Positions 8,912 to 16,400 of a DNA stretch of 32,000 bases are shown here, one piece after another. Both the position numbers and the translations under genes were made by a program. Position 1 is the first letter of the stretch. Each line of letters starts with the position of its first letter. The stretch is from positions 4,350,001-4,382,000 of the forward strand of contig NC_009925.1 in NCBI RefSeq assembly GCF_000018105.1, given 5' to 3'. Under the pieces are notes generated by a model. That model had not been told where the DNA came from and searched no databases. It saw only the letters and a list, made by a program, of their open reading frames with translations. This DNA is from Acaryochloris marina MBIC11017. GTDB taxonomy: Bacteria > Cyanobacteriota > Cyanobacteriia > Thermosynechococcales > Thermosynechococcaceae.

Positions 8912-9676
8912 ATGCAGCGTGTCGCTCAATTTTTTTCGAGGCAACCTCCCAAGACCTATAACATTTTGAGTATTGGCTTCCGTGGAGCTGGGAAAACCGT
9001 TTTTCTGGCAGGTAGCTATACTTCTCTGCACTTCAATCGAAAAAAAGCTCGATTGCACCAGGAATGGCTGGACTGTCAAGATGCTGAGTCTCACGAGAAG
9101 ATGAATCAGCTGTTGGACTTTATCACCCAGTCTCGTCAGTATCCGCCGCCAACGCTAAAAGCGACTGAGTTTAACTTCAGTGTTAAGACTCGGACTCTCT
9201 GTGGGGTCAAAACGCGCTGCCATTTGCACTGGTGGGATATTCCGGGAGAATTTTGTCAGCCCAATAATGCCGATTTGCAATTGCTGCTATTTAGCTCCCA
9301 TGCTTGCTGCTTACTGATCGATGCCCCTGCATTCGTCAATGATCGTCCCTATCAGCAGAAAGTGAAATCGGTGCTCCAACAATTAGCGAACTTCCTTCCC
9401 CAATCCCAAGCTAATCGTCCTAATTATCCGTTGGCAGTGATTCTGACCAAGTTTGATTTATTGCAAACAGAGCTGAGTCGGGGGCAGCTCAAGCAGCAAC
9501 TCCAACCATTTGTTCAGGATTTACGCAGTCATCAGATTAACGCTCACGGGTTCACCTCTGCGATTCCGCTAATCTCCTTTGGGGCTAGCGTGACACTGCA
9601 TCCTCAAGGTACAGGTGCGCCTTTTCGCTGGCTGATTACGGAATTGAATAAAACTGAACAGGCTGTGAGACGTTAA
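8912..9676 (+). CDS. Uncharacterised small-GTPase-like P-loop protein (all five G motifs recognisable)
   Basis: The ATG at 8912 lies only 8 nt after the SDR stop. G1 GFRGAGKT is at nt 8975-8998, G3 WWDIPGE has its D at 9236, G4 TKFD is at 9446-9457, and a G5-like TSAI follows. An ~80-aa spacer separates G1 and G3. I recognise no named family. Confidence 0.6.
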   Translation: MQRVAQFFSRQPPKTYNILSIGFRGAGKTVFLAGSYTSLHFNRKKARLHQEWLDCQDAESHEKMNQLLDFITQSRQYPPPTLKATEFNFSVKTRTLCGVKTRCHLHWWDIPGEFCQPNNADLQLLLFSSHACCLLIDAPAFVNDRPYQQKVKSVLQQLANFLPQSQANRPNYPLAVILTKFDLLQTELSRGQLKQQLQPFVQDLRSHQINAHGFTSAIPLISFGASVTLHPQGTGAPFRWLITELNKTEQAVRR

Positions 9677-9765
9677 TTCTATTTGGTGAAGCTTTGCATA
9701 TATTCTGGGATAAAGGCTGATAAAAACCTAGTAATGTTTCGGGATTAGAGATAGAAGGTATATTC

Positions 9766-10152
9766 GTGAATAAAATCCTGATTTTGGCTTCAAATTCTAA
9801 GAATACTCAGTCTCTGTGTTTGGATGAAGAGGTCCGCACCATTCAAGAAAGACTCCAGTGCTCCAACGGGGAGCTGCTGGCCACGCTCGGAAAAGATGGC
9901 ATGGCGCGGGTGTGGGACTTGCAGGGACGGCAAATTGCGCAGTATAAGGCATCTCGATTTGCGATTAATTCTGATTGGTCGAAGATTGCGACAGTGCAAC
10001 AGCCGAATGCTTTTCGGAAGCAAGCTGAAATTATCTTTTATCGAATGGATGGGTTAGAAGGGCTGCTGGCCAGGGGGTGCCGTCGGTTGCATTGGTATTT
10101 GGTTAATAGCCAGCAGGTGACGGATGAGGAGCGGGCGGCTTGTAATTTGTAG
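9766..10152 (+). pseudogene. Collapsed remnant of a large cyanobacterial STAND/WD40-repeat protein (N-terminal leader + ~1.5 WD repeats + C-terminal tail)
   Basis: GTG start, 128 aa. MNKILILASNSKNTQSLCLDEEVRTIQERLQ resembles the conserved N-terminal leader of many multidomain cyanobacterial NTPase/WD40 proteins. LATLGKDGMARVWDLQGRQIAQYK is a WD40 repeat core. LEGLLARGCRRLHWYLVN...ERAACNL resembles the usual C-terminal tail of such proteins. The NTPase module and most repeats are absent. Confidence 0.45.
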
Positions 10153-10154
10153 GC

Positions 10155-10208
10155 CATCACCCCCCGGCCCCCTCTCCCAATTTTGGGAGAGGGGGCCGGG
10201 GGGTGATG
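10155..10208. repeat. Perfect G/C-rich palindrome (26-bp stem, minimal loop); shortest member of the local repeat family and possibly also a terminator
   Basis: CATCACCCCCCGGCCCCCTCTCCCAA (10155-10180) pairs with TTGGGAGAGGGGGCCGGGGGGTGATG (10183-10208). It starts 3 nt after the stop of the preceding ORF. Confidence 0.9.
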
Positions 10209-10307
10209 CTGAGATTTTCAGTTGTTCTGGGGGGGGATAATGCAGGGTTGGATAGGGTTTGGGGTTTGAAGGCAGAGTGTTGGAAGAGCTTTGGATGGGG
10301 GTAGGTT

Positions 10308-10682
10308 ATGGCAAAATCTAGTGATCGAATTCGAGGGACTACTCGTAAGGTTGAGCGGGCAGCTCGTCAACTTCGTCACCATCCGACTGATGCAGAAGCG
10401 TTGTTGTGGGAAGCTTTGCGGAATCGGCAGCTCAATGGGCTGCGCTGGCGACGACAACATCCGATTGGTCGCTTTATCGTGGATTTTTACTGTCCTTCAT
10501 GCCGTTTAGTTGTGGAGGTTGATGGCGAGATACATCTGCAGCAACAGGATTACGATTTGGCTAGAACGGCCCATTTGGAGGAGTATGGGCTTACCGTTCT
10601 GCGCTTTAGTAATGCGGCAGTGGAGTCCAATCTACAGGAGGTTTTGGCGGCGATTTGTCACCATATATCGAGTCGAGGGTGA
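10308..10682 (+). CDS. DUF559 domain protein (Vsr-like PD-(D/E)xK endonuclease fold)
   Basis: 124 aa. ARQLRHHPTDAEALLWEALRNRQLNGLRWRRQHPIGRFIVDFYCPSCRLVVEVDGEIH...RTAHLEEYGLTVLRFSN is the classic DUF559 pattern (R...T.aE..LW..LR......fRRQ..ig.yi.DF.c....l.vEvDG..H). Confidence 0.85.
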   Translation: MAKSSDRIRGTTRKVERAARQLRHHPTDAEALLWEALRNRQLNGLRWRRQHPIGRFIVDFYCPSCRLVVEVDGEIHLQQQDYDLARTAHLEEYGLTVLRFSNAAVESNLQEVLAAICHHISSRG

Positions 10683-10702
10683 TGAGTGGTGCAGGGTATT
10701 TT

Positions 10703-10816
10703 GGCCCTCACCCCCCGACCCCCTCTCCCAACCTTGGGCGAAGGGGAGAATGCAGCGTATCAGTGAATTCTTACTCCCCTCTCTCAATACTGGGAGAGGG
10801 GTTGGGGGAGAGGGCC
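10703..10816. repeat. MITE-like 114-bp G/C-rich palindromic unit, copy 1
   Basis: Termini GGCCCTCACCCCCCGACCCCCTCTCCCA ... TGGGAGAGGGGTTGGGGGAGAGGGCC are imperfect inverted repeats. There are two internal sub-hairpins. My hand alignment to copy 2 gives 12 differences over 115 positions. Confidence 0.85.
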
Positions 10817-10919
10817 TAGTCCTGGCTTGAGCTTCAATATAGGCTTGCTCTTTGAGTGCAACACTTGTCCGCTTTGGCTAGCAGTGTTGGGTTCAACCAG
10901 TTGAATCAATAGGGATGCT

Positions 10920-11034
10920 GGCCCTCACCCCCCGGCCCCCTCTCCCAACCTTGGGCGAGGGGGAGGAATTCAGCGTATCGGTGACTTCTTGCTCCCCTCT
11001 CCCAAACCTGGGAGAGGGGCTGGGGGTGAGGGCC
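10920..11034. repeat. MITE-like 115-bp G/C-rich palindromic unit, copy 2
   Basis: GGCCCTCACCCCCCGGCCCCCTCTCCCAACCTTGGGCGAGGGGG ... CTCCCCTCTCCCAAACCTGGGAGAGGGGCTGGGGGTGAGGGCC. It ends 5 nt before the stop codon of the convergent MBL gene. Confidence 0.85.
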
Positions 11035-11039
11035 ATGAC

Positions 11040-11912
11040 TTACACAGTCGCTTCCATCTCAGCAATGCATTCCTTAATCCGTTGAGGCATCTCCTCCAAG
11101 CTGGCATGATACCGTCGCCCATGACCCGGTAAAATCCAATCAAAATCGTAATCAAGGAGCTTGCGCATAGACTGAATTTGCTCTTCCCAGGAATACCAAC
11201 AGTAGCGCCGGAACCCAACCAAACGCTGTGCACCTGCAGACCACGCCAAATGGTCTCCCGTAAACAGAAAATGCTTATGCAGCAAAACTGTATGGCCTTT
11301 GCTATGGCCGGGTACGGGAACAATCAGGAGGTCTGAAGCCAAAGGATAGGGTTCAGTCCCTTCAATCTGTAATTCCACATCTTGGGTTCCTGTGGAAATA
11401 TCATCCTGGTACAAGATGCGAGTGCAACCAAAATGGGCTTGAAACTGAGCATGGTCCGCCACATCATCCTGATGGGTGAGATACATATACTGAATGCCGC
11501 CCATCGCTTCTAACTGTTTCACTAATGGCGGGGTGAATCGGGGGGAGTCCACCAGAACATTGCCCTCATCCCGTTGAATGAAATAGCTGGTCGCGCCAAA
11601 GGACTTTTCAGAATGGTAGCCACAGTGGTAGACATTCTCAGCAATTAGAATAGGTAGACTCTGCTGTACCTGTTGAATCTCGGTGGGTTTATTGACGGTG
11701 CCAATTGAAGCTGTTGGGCAAGCGAGTAACGCTTGTAGGGCATGCAATCGCTCTTTCTCTTGCGTAGGTTGGACAAACACGGCGGATTGGCTACCATCCC
11801 GATGAAAAATATTGGGGGCCATCCATCGGCAGGTATCACAGTCAATGCAAGTACTATCAACGTACAAATCACCCGTAACGTTTTGCGATCGCCTTTTCTG
11901 TATCTGAGCCAT
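11040..11912 (-). CDS. Ferredoxin-domain / metallo-beta-lactamase-fold hydrolase fusion protein
   Basis: 290 aa, ATG start. The N-terminus YVDSTCIDCDTCRWMAP...LLACPTASI is a CxxCxxC...CP single Fe-S cluster ferredoxin pattern. MBL-fold motifs follow: YMYLTHQDDVADH (a variant of HxHxDH), VPVPGHSKGH, FTGDHL and ILPGHG. Confidence 0.8.
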   Translation of the reverse strand: MAQIQKRRSQNVTGDLYVDSTCIDCDTCRWMAPNIFHRDGSQSAVFVQPTQEKERLHALQALLACPTASIGTVNKPTEIQQVQQSLPILIAENVYHCGYHSEKSFGATSYFIQRDEGNVLVDSPRFTPPLVKQLEAMGGIQYMYLTHQDDVADHAQFQAHFGCTRILYQDDISTGTQDVELQIEGTEPYPLASDLLIVPVPGHSKGHTVLLHKHFLFTGDHLAWSAGAQRLVGFRRYCWYSWEEQIQSMRKLLDYDFDWILPGHGRRYHASLEEMPQRIKECIAEMEATV

Positions 11913-12014
11913 TTTTAACTCTCTTGAAACACCGCTTGTCTCCAGCCTAGCGTGAGCATTAGGTCTTCAGTCGCAGTGATAGGCTGTAACCGTCCGTGAC
12001 TTCTCATATCCCCT

Positions 12015-13214
12015 ATGCGTACGATTGCCGAGATTAACGACAAAATCGAAGCGGGCAAAGCCGTGGTTTGGACCGTCGAAGAACTAAAAGCCAAAGTGGC
12101 CGATATGGGGATTACTAAAGCCGCGAAAGCTGTCGATGTGATTACCACGGGCACCTTTGAACCGATGGAATCTTCCGGGGCCATTCTCAACTTGGGGCAT
12201 ACGGATCCACCGATCAAAATTCGCCAATGTTGGCTGGATGGAGTGGCGGCCTATTCAGGGTTTGGGGCCGTTGACCTTTACCTTGGCGCGTCTCAAGCCC
12301 CGGATCGCAAGCAGCCCTCAGAGTTGATGGAGGGGGAAGATATCCAGATGCAAGGGGGCGGCCATGTGATTGAGGATTTGATCGCCGGTAAAGCGGTTCA
12401 TTTACGGGCTCTGGGACAAATGACCGATTGCTATCCCCGAGCTACCCTGGACACGATGATTACCAAGGAGACCATTAACCAGTTTTATCTGTTCAATCCC
12501 CGCAATCTCTACCAAAACTTTATTGTGGGGGTGAATGGGGGTGATCATCTGCTTTATACCTACTTAGGGCCTTTGCAACCGCGTCTAGGCAATGCCATCT
12601 ACTCCAATCCAGGGGCCTTATCTCCTCTCCTCAATGACCCCAACCTACGGTTGATTGGCGTAGGTACTCGCATCTTTTTAGGGGGAGGCGTGGGCTATGT
12701 GACTTGGGAAGGTACCCAGCATTTCCCGTTACAAAAGCGATTGCCGAATGATACGCCCATTGGGCCAGCGGCGACCCTGGCCCTCATTGGAGATGCGAAG
12801 CAGATGGAGTCGCGATGGGTGCGAGGCTGCTATTTCAAGCAGTATGGCCCTTCTTTGATGTTAGGGGTTGGTATTCCCTTACCGGTAATAGATGATGAAG
12901 TCGTCCGCCGATGTGCGGTTACGGATGAAGACTTAGTGGCCCCCATTATCGATTTTTCGATTCCTCGGCGGGTGCGACCTACTTTTGGCCTCGTCAGCTA
13001 TGCCCAGCTTAAATCTGGAACCATTCAAGTGGAGAGCACCAAAGTCCGTTCTGCTCCATTAGCCAGTATGGCCCTAGCTCGTCAGGTAGCGTTGGAACTG
13101 AAGCAGTGGATCGAGTTGGGGACGTTTACCTTGACGGAACCCGTGGCGTCTATTGCGTGCGATCGCACCTTCGTTCCCCAGGATGCTTGGGGGTCGCAAA
13201 TTAGCCTGGATTAA
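12015..13214 (+). CDS. DUF39/COG1900 family protein (archaeal-type homocysteine biosynthesis, sulfur-incorporation enzyme family)
   Basis: 399 aa. MRTIAEINDKIEAGKAVVWTVEELK...VDVITTGTFEPMESSGAILNLGHTDPPIKI...LDGVAAYSGFGAVDLYLGAS matches my recollection of the DUF39 N-terminal signature. There are no CBS domains, so it is MA1821-like rather than MJ0100-like. Confidence 0.7.
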   Translation: MRTIAEINDKIEAGKAVVWTVEELKAKVADMGITKAAKAVDVITTGTFEPMESSGAILNLGHTDPPIKIRQCWLDGVAAYSGFGAVDLYLGASQAPDRKQPSELMEGEDIQMQGGGHVIEDLIAGKAVHLRALGQMTDCYPRATLDTMITKETINQFYLFNPRNLYQNFIVGVNGGDHLLYTYLGPLQPRLGNAIYSNPGALSPLLNDPNLRLIGVGTRIFLGGGVGYVTWEGTQHFPLQKRLPNDTPIGPAATLALIGDAKQMESRWVRGCYFKQYGPSLMLGVGIPLPVIDDEVVRRCAVTDEDLVAPIIDFSIPRRVRPTFGLVSYAQLKSGTIQVESTKVRSAPLASMALARQVALELKQWIELGTFTLTEPVASIACDRTFVPQDAWGSQISLD

Positions 13215-13457
13215 CCTCAGGCCCTTCGAAGAATCTGGAGGTTTCAGTCAGTAATCCGATTGAAATCAGGAATATTTTTATTGTTCAAACAACGAATAAT
13301 TCTTGTTGGCAGCCTGAACAACTTTTTGCTCCTATTTTTTTCAGCAAGTTAAAAAAAATAGGGCATTCACAAAAACTGAATTCAGCAAAATTTAGCATAA
13401 ACAACATCTCAAGCTTGGGTCACCCATGAGGTAAAAGAGCTTCATTATTGACTCGGA

Positions 13458-16400
13458 ATGCTATCAGCCAGCGTCAACCTATCAGTGCAAGGGAATATTA
13501 CAGTGAGTGGATCTTCAACAGCATCTCAAACCTGGCCATCCTTTCCCAAAGCGATCTTGTCGGTCAGTCGTAAGGAACATTACCACCAGCCATTAGGTTT
13601 AACGATTCTGTCTAGGAAGAATGAGGGAGAACCAGTAGACCCCAGCAGTACAGCCTTCCTAGATCCACAATATTGGCATAGCCATTCTCCTCGGCCTGAA
13701 GGGCCAGGACCTCTTCCCTCCACTTTGAAGGGCCATGTGTTTGTGATTGGCACAGCTGCCTCTTTTGATTCCAAAAAGATAGAAAATACTGAGATTTATT
13801 TACCTACCCAAGATGGTTGGCAACATATTTATTCTGGCGATGGCATGATCTATCGTTTAGACTTTCATAACTCAGTTCATTCAACCGCTACACCAGAAAA
13901 CCCCCACCCTGAACAGCCTTGTGCCACGACCCAACAACCGGGATGGGCTCATTTAGCGACTCGCTTGATCAAAACCCCTGATTACTATGCAGACTGGGCT
14001 TTGGAATCCGACCCCAAATACCAAAAGCCGAAGTCAGACTATCAGCAACTGACGTTTCGGGATGCAGCCCTAACGCGTCTATCGATCGGGTTGGGCGGCC
14101 GGAATTATCTCAATACCGCCTGGCTACCCTTAAAGCCGAAACAGAAGGACAGTGAGCGGTTACTAGTGACTTGGGATGCTGGACGGCCCTACGAAGTTGA
14201 CCCTTGTTCCTTAGGATTGGTTGCTCCCGTCGGACTCAATAAAGATTGGAAACCCATTTTTGATATGCCAGCGGTTTCACGGCCCCTGCAAAAGTGGTTT
14301 GGGTTCCCGATTTTGTCCCAGGTCTTTCCCATGATTTTGTCGTCGGCCCATCCCGTCTATGACGACCATGAAGATGCCGTTTATATGGTCAATGGCACCA
14401 AATCCATGGGGAGCATGATGCAAGTTTCACGGCTGCAGCCCTACTTCCTCAAAGGGGTTTTGGAATTCATCAATAAACTAGAGGGAGAAGACCCCAATGC
14501 CCCGCGAACGTCTTTCTTTGACTATGTTGTGTTGGGGGTCGTTAATGTTGCGCTGTGGCTAGTCGGGATATTGCTGGCTATTTTGAGTTTCTGGGAAGTG
14601 GGGGGGACCGATCGGCTTTTCCTCTATCGATGGCAGGGGGAGCAAACAGAGATTGATAAATCCAATCAATGGGAAGTGGTCACGGAAAAAGGGCATTCAA
14701 TTCCTATCTATCAGTCCGTTCATCAAATGTCTTTGACGAAAGACTACATTGTTATTTCCGATTCCAGCTTTAAATTTGTGGTGGCTGATGTACTGCCCAG
14801 CCTCTTCAATCCCCAAGATTTTACAAAAAACCTACGCAAGATCGTTCGGTTTGTTGCTCGCTCCAAACAGAAGGGGACCGAAAAGGCTGAATCCACTGCC
14901 CCTTCAACTGACTCTCCCGATAAAAGTCCAGAGGAGATTAAACAAGAGGTTAAAAGGGACTGGCGCCAGGATTTTCAAGATTTATTCTCATTCCTTAACT
15001 ATGCCCAAACCCCCTACACCGATGTGTACGTTATTGTCCGCTCTGATCTGGAGTCTGGGGATTCCAGTCTAGGTGTCCGCAAAGTAAAGGCCAAGCATTT
15101 TCGTCTTCAACCGGAAACCGCCCATTTCCTGTCGAGCTATGACAATCCAGCCGGTAAAGTGGTGCTCCATGTTGGTCATATCAAGGGTCTCGATCCAGCT
15201 GAGTTTGTCAACAAAATTGATGAGGCCGTTTGCCACTATTCCACCACCAGCAACTCAGGACAACCTTGTCCAGAAGATATCAACGACATCCTGCAGCAGC
15301 GATCCGGGGTTTTAGCCAACAGTATGGCGCCAAATCAGTTAGGGACGTGGACCCTAGATATGGAAACGGGGCAATCCGAAAAAGTCATTATCGAGGACGA
15401 AGATAAGTTTCAACTGCTGGCCTTCTTTACCCTCAACGAAAAGACAGCCAATCAAGTCACAGATGTGTATTGGAATTGTGGCGGTGTTTGGCCTAATCAT
15501 CACACCCTTAACCATCTTGATTTATACAAAGAACAAATCGATCCTCAGGTACTCGATCAACAAATTAACCGGATTGCCAAGGAAGGTAGACCGGCCAATC
15601 TGCTGCGAGTCAGTCAAACTCCTGCTCTAGACGGACAGACCTCCACGCCTCCTCAACTCAAAGTTGAAGACTATTACGCCTTTCCGCCAGGCTGTTATGC
15701 CAGCTCTCCTCAGTTCGTCCCCAGAGAAGATGGCCTCCCCAGTTCTACCCATGGCTATATTGTTTGCGTAGTTGTGGCGACGGATGATCCACAAACAGAC
15801 CATGCAACCCATCCTAAGTTGAGTGAATTATGGATCTTTGATGCCGCCCACCTCAGCCAAGGGCCGCTATATCGGCTGAATCACCCGGAGTTAAATATTG
15901 GGCCAACCCTACATACCGCCTGGCTGAGCAAGCTGGAATCGCCCCCCTCGCGGACGGACTATGACGTGCGGGACGATTACCAAGAGGTCCTCGATCAAGT
16001 GGAACCTGCGAGCCTCAAACAACGCATCCAGGATCTATTTGACCAGGATGTCTTCCCTAAGGTTCTGCATGACAGTGCAGATGCGAGTGCAAAGCAAACC
16101 TTTAAGATGAGGATTTTTGATGCTAATGGCGTATCTTCGGCGGTCCATCGTGGTGTTGAACAATATGCGATGGCCTGTGGATACCATGATCCGGTTGTGC
16201 TTCGAGCTGAAGAAGATACTTTAGTTCAAGACGTTCAATATCAAGATACGGATCAACTTTCCTCCCATCAGTTCGCTGAAATTGCCCAAGCGGGGGTTGA
16301 CTTGTTTCGTGGTCATCCACCCAAGCAACAATATGATGAGCCATCACTACTCCTCCACCAGAGTGCAAAGGCCCTCGCAGCTCTGTTAAAAATCATTGCT

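Noticed and set aside
9790-10057. ORFs 9790..10023(-) and 9824..10057(+) overlapping the WD40-remnant ORF.
   Set aside because: Only the 9766..10152 frame contains recognisable WD40 and tail motifs. The others are alternative frames of the same DNA.
10703-11034. Two ~115-bp direct repeats separated by 103 nt, considered as a possible CRISPR array.
   Set aside because: There are only two units and they are far longer than CRISPR repeats. They are internally palindromic with inverted termini (MITE-like), are ~10% diverged, and no cas genes are nearby.
10218-11323. Track ORFs 10218..10460(-), 10291..10509(+), 10510..10830(+) and 10970..11323(-).
   Set aside because: They run through the G/C-rich palindromic repeats, giving artefactual PSPPDPLSQPWAKG / PSPPAPLPGLGEGS translations. 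They also overlap the well-supported DUF559 and MBL genes in other frames, and none shows independent coding signal.
11915-12217. 100-aa minus-strand ORF overlapping the 5' end of the DUF39 gene.
   Set aside because: It overlaps a well-supported + strand gene, and the intergenic promoter region makes an additional gene unlikely. No motifs were seen.
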